Positions 12,801 through 25,540 of a stretch of DNA of 64,000 nucleotides are shown here, one piece after another. The DNA is from Fonticula alba ATCC 38817 (Eukaryota; Protista; Nucleariida), in NCBI GenBank assembly GCA_000388065.2, contig KB932209.1, one strand, 5' to 3'. A program made the translations under genes and the position numbers. Positions within the stretch are counted from its first letter, which is position 1. The number at the start of each line of letters is the position of its first letter. The notes beneath the pieces are model-generated. The model ran no database searches. It saw only the letters and a list, made by a program, of their open reading frames with translations, and was not told where the DNA came from.

Positions 12801-14145
12801 CTAGGCGTCGCGCGTGCCGGGCCGCCTCGGCTGACAGGCGGTCGGCCGTCAGGCGCAAGTCCGTCGCCCGGTGCTGGGCCACGGCCAGCGCTCGCTTTGA
12901 AAGGCTCAATTGCAGGGGCCGGGCCTCGGTGGCCGGACCGCCGGCCGGGGCTCCAGCCGTCGATTCTTGCTCCGCGAGGTCGGACAGAGCCTCAAAGCAC
13001 TCGGAGAGGATGACCTCGCGGCGCATCTGCGTGGCCTTCAGGCGCTCCAGCAGCTGGGCCCGGTACTCGGGGGTGACCTGCTCGTCTGGCGGAAGGCGGG
13101 GGGGGGGGNNNNNNNNNNNNNNNNNNNNNNNNNNNNNNNNNNNNNNNNNNNNNNNNNNNNNNNNNNNNNNNNNNNNNNNNNNNNNNNNNNNNNNNNNNNN
13201 NNNNNNNNNNNNNNNNNNNNNNNNNNNNNNNNNNNNNNNNNNNNNNNNNNNNNNNNNNNNNNNNNNNNNNNNNNNNNNNNNNNNNNNNNNNNNNNNNNNN
13301 NNNNNNNNNNNNNNNNNNNNNNNNNNNNNNNNNNNNNNNNNNNNNNNNNNNNNNNNNNNNNNNNNNNNNNNNNNNNNNNNNNNNNNNNNNNNNNNNNNNN
13401 NNNNNNNNNNNNNNNNNNNNNNNNNNNNNNNNNNNNNNNNNNNNNNNNNNNNNNNNNNNNNNNNNNNNNNNNNNNNNNNNNNNNNNNNNNNNNNNNNNNN
13501 NNNNNNNNNNNNNGATATGCCCAGCGGGCATTGCGGCCCCCGGCGCGGAGGGATATCCCCGGATCGGGCCTTCCGGGGTAACGAAGCCGGTCAAGCGGCA
13601 GGAAGGTGGCCGCCCCGGCGCGGCGCTCGCGCAGGAAGTCCATGCACCGGCTGGCGATGTCGGTCGTATCGACGACAATGCCCTCGGCCAGCGGGCCGAG
13701 GACTGCCCGCAGGGCCGGCCCGTAGCGTTCTCGAGCCACGACCAGCTCCCGCAGAGGCCCATAAACGCAGCCGCCCCCGGCCGAGGTGCCCGGAGGGCCG
13801 TCGGGGCCGGATTCTCTCGGCCGGGTCGACTGAGCCGACGCCAGCCGGTAGGACGCCTGGGCGTGGGCATCTGCCGGAGGGTACATCGTCCGTAGCCGAC
13901 TAATGGTCTCGGCCAGCCGGGTTCGCTGGTCTCGATCCTGCGCCTGCTCGGCCACCGCAGCCAGCTGTGTGGCCACAGTCGCAGAGGGCGAGAGAGGGCG
14001 AGAGGTAGAGAGAGAGAGAGAGAGAGAGAGGGATGGAGAGGGAAGCCACCCGGCCATCAGGCAGGCGGGCGCCGTTCGAAGGAGGGAGAGACCGCGTGCG
14101 CGGAAATATGCGTGTGTGAGAGAGAAAGAGAGAGAGAGAAAGAGA

Positions 14146-14207
<62 letters not shown>

Positions 14208-15954
14208 AAGATAGAGAGAGAGAGAAAGAGAGAAAGAGAGAGAGAAAGAGAAAGAGAAAGAAGAAGAGGGACGAAGGGAGCGGATCGAACGAAGAGGCAT
14301 ACCTTCTCCGCGATGACCTTGACCTCGGCTTCCAGAGCGGCCTCGGTCCGGGTGAGGTCCTCGAACTCGCGCTCGGCGGCGGTCAGCTGCTGAAGGGCCG
14401 CCTCGGCGCCGTGGGCCCGATCGCGTGCGGCGTGCGCGGCCGCGTCCGCGGCTCGGGCCACCCCCTCGGCCTCGCGTAGGCGCCCTGCAAAAGGGCGCTC
14501 CGCGCGCTCCAGTACCGCCAGGTCCGCCTCGGCGCGGGCCAGCTCGGCGGCCAGCTCCCGACAGGCGTCAGCCTGCTGGGCCTTCCTACTTGCGGAGGCC
14601 GCGCATGCCCAAGCACCAGGCCAAACAAAAGGGCCCATTGACGGCCATGTCCATCCGAGGCACAAGGTCAACATGTGCGCATGCTTGACATGCCGAAAAC
14701 AGGGCACAGGGACAAGGGGGGGGGGGGGGGGGGCGGGAATCACGTACCGGCGATCATACTCGGCCCGCAGGGGGGGGGGCAGGGCGTCCACCGGGGAGGT
14801 GGTCTGCTGGGCGGCGCGTTCGAGCTCGGCCACCTGGCCATCCACAAAGCGAACCTGCTCGCGGACGGACTGCACCGCGCGCGCCTGGGCCTCGGCATCG
14901 GCCACGGCCTTGGCCAGAGCTTGGCGGAGTTCCTGGACTTGGGCCAGAGCCGCTCGACCGCGCTCGCGGCCGGCGGCCAGGTCGCGCTCCGCCCGCTGGA
15001 CGGCGCCCGCGGCCTCGGCACGGCGCCGATCGAGGGCGGCCCGGCGCCGGGCCAGGTCGGCCCGCCGGCGACCGGCCTCCGAAGACCGGGCCTGTGCGGC
15101 GGCCAAGTCCTGCTCGGCCGCGCGGAGCTGCCCCCGGCGGACCTCGGCCGCGGCCTGAGCCTCGGCCACGGCCCCGGCCGCTCGGTGAATGTCGGCCGCC
15201 AAGAGGCGGACTTGAATGTGAGCCCGACGCTCGCGCATGGCCGCCTGCGAGGCCGCGCGCTTGAGGTTCTCCTCGGCCAGGCTGGCATGCATGCGCCCCC
15301 GGCGGAGACGCTTTTCCGCCTGCCCCATGGCACTCCGGGTCTGGGCATACCCGTTGGCGACCAGGCCCGCGGTGCCGGCCGCCCGCTCGATCATCTCGGT
15401 GACCGCATGCTCCGGGCCCCGACTCGGCCCGCCGGCCGGGCCCCGCGCGATCTCATGCACGCGCCCTTGGAAGACCGCTCCCCCGCGCTGGGCGAGGTCC
15501 AGCCGGAAGCGCCGCAGCAGGGCCAGATACTGCCCCGGCGGCAGGGCCTGAGACCAGGCCACCAGCGATCGGGCAGCCGGCGTGCCGGGAGTCATGTCGC
15601 CGGCTGCCGGTGGAAGGGTCCCCGCCGAGTCCATGCCGCCGCTGGACAGCAATGCGTCCCAGTCAACCTGGGTCGATCCGACGCCGAAGTGGTGGGTGAT
15701 GGCCACGCCACCAGCGGGCCGCAGGCGGACCCTGGGGCATGGCGTCGCATGGTGGAGGCGGTTATGCGTGGACACACACACACACACAGATGCACATAGA
15801 TGCACGCAGACGTACACAGGTGAATAAAGACGTACATGGATGAATACATACACACACACATATACACCGATGGACATAGATACACACAGATACATACAAA
15901 TACACACGGAGAGAGATACACACACACACACGCATACACACACACACACACACG

Positions 15955-16046
<92 letters not shown>

Positions 16047-16496
16047 TGCAAACAGATGCACACAAAAGTCAGCGGCTTGCTCAATAGATCGGCACTTGCA
16101 GCGAAAGATAGAAAGGAAGCCGACGCACATGCGGAAGAGGAAGTACATGCGCCGCGGCCCGGCGACCACATCGTCAGGCGAGCAGAACCCCAACGCCACA
16201 TAGCCCCGGTCCGGGGCCGACTCCTGGCTCACCCCGGACAGCGGGTCGGCCAGCATGGACGGCCGGGTGACCAGCTCCGCCCCGTCGGAGCCACCACGGA
16301 GCTCCTGGCCGTCAGTACCAACCCCGAGGACAAAGCTTAGGGCATCCATCAAATTGGACTTGCCAGACCCATTGGGGCCGACAATGCATGTGTAGGCGCT
16401 GAAGGGCCCGACAAAGTGCCTCCCGCGCCAGGATTTGAAATTCGACAGCTCCAAAAACCGGACATACGGCCGGGCCGGGGCCTCCAATGAGGACAT
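9854..16496 (-). CDS. SMC1: Structural maintenance of chromosomes protein 1 (cohesin ATPase); multi-exon, two internal N-gaps
   Basis: N-terminus [44 protein letters not shown] (SMC1-type Walker A region). Hinge [36 protein letters not shown]. Signature LSGGE (~10690-10704), Walker B/D-loop [14 protein letters not shown]-terminal [13 protein letters not shown]. Last intron 10235-10383. Middle exon boundaries are partly hidden by gaps. Confidence 0.92.
14113..14272. repeat. Compound (GA)n/(GAAA) microsatellite in an SMC1 intron
   Basis: About 160 bp of ga/gaaa units. Confidence 0.9.
15918..16044. repeat. (CA)n microsatellite in SMC1 intron 1
   Basis: Long, mostly perfect ca run. Similar runs occur at 22988-23071 and ~32250-32312. 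Confidence 0.9.
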
Positions 16497-16967
16497 CGCA
16501 GTGGGCTCGGACAAGTCGCGCCGGGGCCCGGGCGAGACAGAGAAAGTGAACGATATGCGTAGTTCCGAAAGTGGATGGGTGGTGGAGGGGGAAAAGAGGG
16601 GGGGGGGGGGCTCAGGGGAAATTTGGAGCGCTGCCGCGGAGCGAGGGCCGGGGCGGGGCATCCTCTTTGGCGGTCGCGCGGCGGGATGTTCATCAAGTTG
16701 TCCCGGGCCGCGCTCGCTGCCCCTCCCCGGGACAGAGGCAGTGGCTCACACGGAAGCGAGGCCCCGGGGGCGGAGGGGGTGCACCGCAGAGTGCAAGAAC
16801 TGATCGTGGGGAAATTTAAATAAAAACGAGCAGCTGCCATGTGATGCGAACACGCATGCCCCTTGAGCACATGGTAACAAGCGGACATTCGTTGGCAGCC
16901 CCAGAAGTCACTGCGGGATACACGGAAGAGACAACCCGAGCAGCGGGAGGGGGGAGGGGGGTCTGTT

Positions 16968-17006
<39 letters not shown>

Positions 17007-17426
17007 TGGGAGATGCCTCCCTCTTTCTCCTGGCCAGCTTGCTTTTGCCGCCTCACTTGGGGGGCACACGGATGCCGCAGCCTCTCTTGGGGATGGCGCT
17101 GAAGGAGTCATCCGTCTGCTGGAAGAAGGGGGGGGGCGGAAGAGGGGGATCCACACGGCGGGGGAGGGAGGAATGGGGCACCCTCGCACGAGTGTCCAAG
17201 GGAGAGAGGGAGAGAGACAAACAAAGATGGGTGCTGGAGGGGGGGAGGAGGAGGAGGAAGGAAAAGGGGAAGATAGCTCACATGAGGCGGGAAGGAAACC
17301 GCTCTCGGGGACAAGGACAGGGTGCACGGACTCAGGAGGGGGGGGAAGGGACGGCAGTGACAGAGGCAGGCAGCAGGAGGGAGAGGAGAGAAGGCAGTCA
17401 GGGGCCAATCGGTCCTGGCCGGGCCC

Positions 17427-17955
17427 CTAAGTGGCAAAGCTCTCGCCACAGCCACAGATGGCACGGGCGTTGGGGTTGGTGAAGACGAACTCCGACCGAA
17501 GGCGGTCGTCCACAAAGTCCACCTCGCTGCCGATGACGCTCATCAGGGCCTTGTTGGACACGAGGAAAGAGACACCTGGGGACACGGCCACCGGGTGGGG
17601 AAGGGGGGGGGGGGGAGGGGGGGGAGGGGGACAGGATAACAGATGAGGAACAATGGACGCCGGGCGGAGGGGGCTTCGGGAAGGCACGGGCGATTGCGAA
17701 ATGCAGGCGACCGCGAGGAGACGGAGATGACAGCGAGGGGCGTACCGTCCTGCTCGACTGGCGTATCCAGGGGCTCCTTCTCATTGACGTAGTCCAGGGT
17801 AAAAGAAAGACCGGAACAACCGCGCGTCTTGACACCGAGGCGCAGGGACAGGGCGTCGGGGCGCGCCTCGCCGAGTTCGCGCAGACGGGCCACGGCGTTC
17901 GGAGTCTGCGTGGCACCATCGTGAGGGGGAAGGAAAGCCGGGGGCCGGAGAGGGG

Positions 17956-18038
<83 letters not shown>

Positions 18039-18619
18039 GGACGTACACGCTCGCCCAGGTCCGCGGTGATGTCTCGGACGCAGGCCAGCTCCGGGAAGAG
18101 CTCGGCCATCTGGGACCGGGTGAGTGGTTGAGGGTGGCGAGTGGCCGGCGAGCCGCTGGTCGAGGCTCGGGGAGCCACGGCCGAAAGGTTCAAGTCGTCG
18201 TCGGCGAAGGCGGTCAGCTCGCGCAGGCGTCCGGTCAATTTCGGATCGGCCAAAGGCACGAGACTGGCGGTGGGAGAGATGCTGCCGGCGCCGGGGGTGG
18301 CACTGGCAGCCAGCGACTCCAGCAGCAGGAAGAGCACCTTCTCCTGGCCGGGGATGAAGACATTGCTGGTGCGCAGGACTTGGTCGGCGTAGGACAGANN
18401 NNNNNNNNNNNNNGGGGGGGGGGGGGGGGGGGGCGAGTTAGAGGGACAAAGGGAGGCCAGCACAGGGACGAAGCAGGGGGGGCTCCCTCCCAGGCACCCG
18501 AGGGCCTGGCAGCGTACCAGAGTAAGCACCGCCTTCCGGGGGGTGAGGGTGCGGGCACCAGACCGGACCACCGCGCGAACCGAGCCCGGAGCTGACCGGA
18601 CAACGGACGAAAGAAACAT
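17427..18619 (-). CDS. ISCA1: Mitochondrial A-type iron-sulfur cluster assembly protein
   Basis: Arg/Ser-rich presequence MFLSSVVRSAPGSVRAVVRSGAR..KAVLTL (donor 18517) joins in phase to TPNAVARLRE..LRLGVKTRGCSGLSFTLDYV (acceptor 17906). Last exon ..SEFVFTNPNARAICGCGESFAT* carries the GCSG and CGCGESF Fe-S ligand motifs. Confidence 0.92.
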
Positions 18620-19333
18620 GGCACAGAAAAAAAGCAGAGGGGGAAAGGAGGGGGAAGGAGCAGGGGAGGGGGCTAGCCATCCCGGAGGATCCGGCCTCCG
18701 GCTGCGCGGGGCGCGGTCCGATCAGTTCCTCCTCGCGGACAAGATGCCGCTGCCCTCGCCCGCCCGCACCCGACCACCCCCGACAGCCCCGGCCGACGCG
18801 GGCGCAGCCTGGCCGCCAAAAGAGACACATCTGGAGCGATCTCGAGCGCGGCCCCCCCCCCTCCCCCCCCCACTACCACCACCACCGCCACACGTGCGCC
18901 GGGGCCGGGGGACAACAGGGGGCCGCCGGAGTCTGCCGCACGTTTGCACGTCTCTCCACGACGGCACCCACACACGCACACACACACACACACACAAATA
19001 CACGTCCGAGGATGCGTATACACCACACCAGACCATAACCATGCCGGTGCACGGCCACTACCGCGGGTGCCAGGGACAAACCCCCAGGGGGCCAGTACCC
19101 GGCCCTGGACCCTGGGCCGCCGCGATCGCCCCCCCGCCCCTCTCCCGGGAGGGAATGAAAAAGACCTGGAGCCGAGACCAACACCCGGACGTGGCCCCCC
19201 CCCCCCCCCGCCGACCCCCACAGCCATCCGAATCCCGAACAGCGAAGAAAAACTCGCGCTTGCGAGGCAATGCATTCACAAGGGGCACCCCCGGCGGAGA
19301 TCACATGGGAGCGCGCGGTCTATCGGGTGATCT

Positions 19334-22300
19334 TCACTTCTTCGAGGGGCGCATGGCCTTCTGGAACTTCCGCTGGGGGCGGCTGCCGCCATCGGCCGAG
19401 GACGAGGGGCCGTCATGGCGCTGGCGCTTGGCACCGCCGGCGCGACCGGCATCCCCACCGGCGGCCGAGGGGGCCTTGCGCTTCCGGCCGCCGGGGGCCT
19501 GGGACTCGGCCTTCTTGGCCTCCTTGGCACGCAGGCGGGCCTCCTCGCGCTCGCGGCGCTCCGCCTCCGGGTCCAGCTGGCCCGAGGCGATGGCGCGCGA
19601 CCGGTCGCCGGAGCGCTCCACCCGGGCCGTGCGGGCCTTCAGCACGCGGACATCCTCGATGGCAAACTCCACAATCGGCCGGCGGGACTTGCTGCCCGGG
19701 CCGAAGGCAGTCGGGTGGTTGTTCAGGGCACGCAGGGCGGCCAGGGCGTCGCCGTGCGTGGCGAACTCCGCGAAGCCATACCCGGCCGACCGGCCGAGGG
19801 AGCTGTCATTCGGGTCGGGACGGCCGCCGGAGCCGGCACGCTCGCGCACGATCTTGCACTGCCGAATGACCGGGGCCACCAGCGGCCGGGTCACGCCCTC
19901 CAGCTCGTCCTTCGGGTAGGAGGCGTTGACCGTGCGGGCGGCCGGCTTCTTGCCCTCCTGCTGGGCCTCGTCCTGGGTGGCGGGAGCGACGGCGTACTGC
20001 TCGCGGCGCTTCTGCACCCCGGCCACCAGCGCACTGCGAAGCTCGGCATCCTTCCACTGAAGGGGGATGTTGCGCACAAGCAGGCGCGTCTTGCTGACAA
20101 ACATGTTGGGGCTCTTGAGCTTGGCACGACGCTCGGCCTGGGCCCGGGCGCGCTTGGCCTGGTCGCCGGCCGACAGCTGCTTGCCGGCCGGGCTCTGGAG
20201 GTCGATCTCGCCCTCGCGCGACAGGTACAGGTTCCGGGTGTCCAGCTTGCGGGTCTTCTGCACGAGCCCCTCATTGGTCAGGGCCGTGGCCTGGGACCGG
20301 TCGACGGCCTCCACCACATCCAGCAGACGCCCGCCCACATACAGGTGGCTCTTGGTGGCCGCGCTGGTGGGGATGATGGAAGAGAAGGTGGGCTTCTTGG
20401 CCTTGGCCGCGGCCTTGGTGCTGCCGGCGGCCTCGGCCGCGCGCATGGCCTCACTCTCGGCCAGGCAGGCCCGGGCGGAGTCCGCGTGTGCGAATTTCAC
20501 GAAGGCCGTCCCGCGGCTGCGACCGGTGGCCCGGTCCTTGACCAGCAGGCAGAAGGCAATCTTGCCAAAGTTGGCCAGGGCCGTCTGGACGTCCTCCTGC
20601 GTCGACTCGAAGGAGACGTTGCGCACAAAGACCGTGCGGCCCTCATCCACGTCGGAGGCTGTCGCCGGGTGAGCAGGCGGAGGGTGGTGATATGGACACG
20701 AGCATGCCAGGAACGGAAGGGCGGGACGGGGCGGGGGAGNNNNNNNNNNNNNNNNNNNNNNNNNNNNNNNNNNNNNNNNNNNNNNNNNNNNNNNNNNNNN
20801 NNNGAAGCAATGCCGGGGGGGGGGGGACGAAAGAAGAGGGCCAGAGAGGGGAGCGGCAAAATCGAGGCGCTGCGTACCCTTGGAAGTCTTGGGCGCATTG
20901 TCCTCGTCGTCCTCGTCGCTGGCGGTGTCCTGGTCGACGTCATCGTCGTCGGCCTCGGAATCGGAACCGGCCTCCGCCTCAGAGTCGGCATCGGAGTCGG
21001 CCCCCTCCTCCTCCTCCTCCTCCTCCTCGGATTCAGAGTCAGACGCCGGGGCGTCCTTCTGGGCGGTAACCGACTTGACCAGCTCATAGTCATCCTTCGG
21101 CAGAGAGAAGTCCACGGCCAGGGCACGGGTGTGCAGGCGATGTCCATTGACCACCTTCATGGCCTGTGTGCATGTGTACGCATTGGTGGAGGTGCGGAAA
21201 CCCGAGAGGCAGGTGAATGGGGGTGGGGGGCACGTCGGGGTTTACGGGGCAGGGGAAGGGCCCGGGAAGATGACAAAGAGGATGGAGCGCGAGGACGTAC
21301 GGCTGCGGCGTCCTCGTGGGACTTGAAGGACACGAACGCGAAGCCGCGCGACGAACCGTCCGGCTTCAGGGGGAAGTTGATGTCCAGAACCGGGGCAGCG
21401 GACAACATGCCAAAGACCCCATGAAGCTCGGCCTCGGTGGTGTCGAAGGACAAGTTGCGCACAATCAGTCGGGTGGCGTTCTCCAGGATCTTCTTCACCT
21501 TCTTATTGAGCTTGGAGATCTTCACCGAGGCAGCCGGGGCGGCCACCGCATCGGCCAGCTTCATCGGCTTGGCCGACTTGGCGGAAGTGGCACTGGCCCC
21601 GTCGGAGGACGATTCGCCCGAGGCGCCATCCTTGTCCTTGGAGAAACGCACGAAGAGCTTGCGACCGTTGAGCTCCTTGCTGTCGAGCTCCTTTCGAGCG
21701 GTGACGGCATCCTCCAAAATGACACTGCAAAGGAGGTGAGGGACGCAAATCGAGGCCAGGAAAAGGGGGGTCAGGGTGAGCTCTCCAATGGTGGCAGCAA
21801 TCACAGAGCGGCAACAACGGCAGCAATTGCAACAGCACTGGTAGCAGCAGCAGCAGCACCAGTAGCAGCAGCAGCAGCAGCAGCAGCAATGGCGAAGATA
21901 CAGGCGGAAGGGAAGCGGACACGCACTATTGGACATAGCCGAAGCCACGGTTCTCGGACGGGTTCTTGGGGTTGGCCACAACGAAGGCCCACTTGATGGG
22001 GCCAAGCTCGCCGAAGAAGTCCTCCAGCTACACGCGGCGGCGCATGGGGAGGAGCGACCAAAGGGTGAGTGACCGGGCGAGGAGGAGAGGGAGGGGAGGG
22101 AGGGGAGGGAGGGGAGGGCTGCAGGAGGGTAAACGCACATCCTTGTTGGTGGTGGAGAAGCTCAGGTTTCGAATGAAGAGAGTCGAGCTGGAGATCTGGG
22201 CCTTGGTGGGGGGCGGCTGAGCCGGGCCCTTGGGCGCATCCTTGGGCTTCTGCTTCTTGGGCTGCTTCTCCGCACGGACGGACGCCTTGCCGGCCATCTT

Positions 22301-22609
22301 GGCCTCCTTCAGGGGAGTCTTGGTCGGCTTGGAGTCGGGCTTGGCGGCCTTGGGCTTGGCGGCCTTGGGCTTGGCGGCCTTGGGCTCGGACTCGGACTCC
22401 GGCTTGGCCTTGCCCTCCGCCTTGGAGGTGATCTCGTCCACGCGCTGCTGCAGGCGCCGGGCGTTCTTGCGGTTGCCCTGCGCCACCGGGCGGTGGGTCA
22501 GGGCAGCTGAGGCCAGAGCGGCGGTCTCGGTGAGCTCGGCCAGGTCAGAGGCGCTGAACTTCGCACCAGTGTCCTTGACCTGGGCGGGCTTGGACTTGGG
22601 GACGGCCAT
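19334..22609 (-). CDS. NOP4: Nucleolar 4-RRM protein for 60S biogenesis (Nop4/RBM28); 5 exons
   Basis: Four RRMs (TLFIRNLSFS..RGFGYVQY; RLIVRNLSF..RGFAFVSF; RTVFVRNVSF..RGTAFVKF; TRLLVRNIP..GYGFAEF). Acidic tract between RRM2 and RRM3. Family motifs DTRNLYLSREG, KLKSPNMFVSKTRL and RRPIVEFAIED. Confidence 0.92.
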
Positions 22610-22648
22610 GGCGGTCAGGGGGGGGGGGGGGGGGGGGGNNNNNNNNNN

Positions 22649-22707
<59 letters not shown>

Positions 22708-22986
22708 GACGGAGTGCCAAGTGAAGAAGCAGGAGGAGGGGACAGAGGGCAGGAGGGAATGGAAGGGGAAGAGTGAATGGAGATCTCAAGGAAGGGAGGG
22801 ATGGAATGCCCGGGGCAGAGCAAGTAGGGGGAGAGGGGAGGGGTGTCCCCAGCCCAGGGGGGTCCGGCACGCCCGAACACACACCGAAAAATGCCCCCCC
22901 CCCCCCACCCCCCATCATGCTCACCGGTCGGCATTTTGCCGGTCGCCGAGCGTCGACAAACAACCGATGCTCAGCAAGTGGGCACC

Positions 22987-23073
<87 letters not shown>

Positions 23074-23517
23074 GTACACGCAATACACAGGTACATGTAC
23101 ACCCAGGTACGCGCACCAAGAGACCCGGGGAGGGGGGGGGGAGCAAAAGCCAGCCCTGGCGAGCCGGCGAGAGACAACGGCCAACACACGGGAACGCCAA
23201 GCAAGCGCACGAGTGTCCACCAACAGAGCCACGCGTGCCCAAGGGGAAGGCTCCCACGCGCGGGGGGGGCATGCCGCCCGAGGATCCCCCCATGCATCCC
23301 CCACCCCCCTCCAAGCTGACCGCCGAGGCCGCCACACCCGTGTGCATGCATGCCCGGGCGAGGCCACGCCTGCCGGCAGCCAGCGAGCCCACGCACGTAA
23401 AGTCATATGATCTAATATTTGCACAAGTACAACCGTTGGCATTTGGGGCCGAGGGAGGAGGAGGGAAGAGAAAAGGAGGACGGGAAAAGCGGCACAGGGG
23501 CCGAGAAAGACAGGGGG

Positions 23518-23550
<33 letters not shown>

Positions 23551-23671
23551 AAGAGACCGAGACAGAGGGCGGGCGTGTGTGTGTGTGTGTGTCGGGGCAT
23601 GCGCGACCGAAAGGGGACACAGGTGCACAGCGGGGTCCCCGCGCGGGGGCGCGCACGCGTAGGCCCCGGCC

Positions 23672-24404
23672 TCAAGAGCGCCCGCTCTTCTTGCCAACCT
23701 TGCCGAGGGCACGACGGCGGGACACGAGGATGTCACGGTCGCTGGCCTTGTGGAGCTGGCGAGTGGGCTTGCCCTTGGTGGGCTTGCCCCAGGGGGTCTG
23801 CGAGGGGCGACCACCACGGGTCTTACCACCGTGCGGGTGATCGATCGGGTTCATGACCTCACCACGGACGGCGGGGCGGATGCCGAGCCAGCTGCGATTT
23901 CGAGGGTCGATACGTGCGCAAGCAGGCACGGTAGTGGGGTGGGGGGAGGGGGGAAAGAGGGATGTCAGCAGGTGTCAAGGGGGGGGGCGGTGGGGCGCGC
24001 AAAAGAGACCGAAAGATGGCAAACAACAAAGCGGCATGCGTACCGGCTGACACCGGCCTTGCCATGGACACGCAGCCCATGAAGGGTGTTCGAAACCACA
24101 CCGAGCGTGGCCTTGCACTTGACGCTGACCTGGCGAGTCTCACCGGACATCAGGCGCAGAATGGCCATCCCGGTGGGACCCGAGCGCAGGAGCTGTGCGT
24201 AGGCACCCGCCGCGCGGGAGATCTTGCCGCCGGAGCCGGGGACCATCTCGATGTTGTGCACAAGCGAGCCGACCGGGATCGAGGAGAGGGGCAGGCAGTT
24301 GCCAGGCTGTGAGAGGGGGGCGTTTTGGACGGGAGAACAGTCAGACAGGGAGACGCCAAGGAGCGGGAAGCGGAGAGAGAAAGAGTGCGCGTGCGTGCGT
24401 GCGT

Positions 24405-24439
<35 letters not shown>

Positions 24440-25540
24440 CAAAACAACAGGCAAGCTACTCGGAAGGGCGAGGGGGCCATGCGCTGGTCACAGTACCTGA
24501 ATGTCGACGTCCGGGCCGGAGGTCACCACGTCGCCGGGGTTGCAATCGCGATAGGCCAGGATGTAGGAGAACTTGCCGGTGACCTCGTCACGGGTGAGGG
24601 CAATCCAGGCCGAACGGTTGGGGTCATACTCCAGACGCTGGACAACATGGGGGTTGGGGTTGTTCCGGTGGAAGTCCACCATGCGGTAGAGGCGGCGATG
24701 GCCACCACCGTGGTGGCGGACCTACATGAGACGCAGAGGGGGGAGGGGGAGGAGGAGGACACATTAGGACCGAGTGGAAAGGAGACAAGGAGGAGAGCGC
24801 CAGTCCGAGCGGCAGAGGAGGGAGCGGGAGGGGGGGGGGAGAGGAACAAAGGAGGGAAAAGCCGCAGGGTGGTGACAGGAGCGCACAGTGATGCGGCCGG
24901 TGTTGTTTCGGCCACCCTTCTTGCGGAGACCGATGGTCAGGCGCTTGTAGGGACGACCGCGATAGAGGTGGTCGCGCGAGTTGATCAGACGGAAGCGAAT
25001 ACTGTTGGTGACCGGCTTGAACTTCTTCATGGACTCCTGGTAGATGACGATGCGGCTATGATGGTCGGCAGTACTATCGACATGCACATACACCCGCACG
25101 CACGCACGTACGTACGTACGTACGTACGTACGTACGGGGGGGGAGCAGGGGAGAGGGGGAAAGGTCAGGGGGAGGGCAGGAGGGGAGGGGCACTGGGACA
25201 GCCCTGTCCAGAGAGGGGTGGGGCGGCGGCCAAGGTGACGGGGAGACCTACCGGGGAACAATGTTCACCTTGCTGGCGGAGCCGGTGTCGACAATGGTGC
25301 GCATGGCGGCCTCGGAGAGGCCGTGCGAGGTGCTATACATGCGCCGGGCCTCGGCCAACGGGCCGGAGGGCTCGGCATTGGACACAGTCAGGCGGCTAAG
25401 CAGGCCGGTGGCGGCCGGGCGGCTAGCAAGCACGGCAGAGGAGGCCACCGAGGGAGCCGCCGACAAAGCGGCGCCCGACTGGCCAACGAGACCAGCCGAC
25501 GAACGGAGGGAGGAGGCGAGCGAGCGCCGGGCCAGCTGGC
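23672..25540 (-). CDS. MRPL2: Nuclear-encoded mitochondrial ribosomal protein uL2m; start codon lies in or beyond the gap 25541-25720
   Basis: Ala/Ser/Arg-rich targeting-like leader, then bacterial-type L2 motifs: [91 protein letters not shown]. Split by four GT-AG introns. Confidence 0.9.
25107..25136. repeat. (TACG)n self-complementary tetranucleotide repeat in an MRPL2 intron
   Basis: About 7 tandem gtac/tacg units, read directly. Confidence 0.9.

Noticed and set aside
17427-25540. Apparent cluster of mitochondrial/ribosome-related genes (ISCA1, NOP4, MRPL2)
   Set aside because: Different compartments and pathways; three co-oriented housekeeping genes is unremarkable without synteny data.
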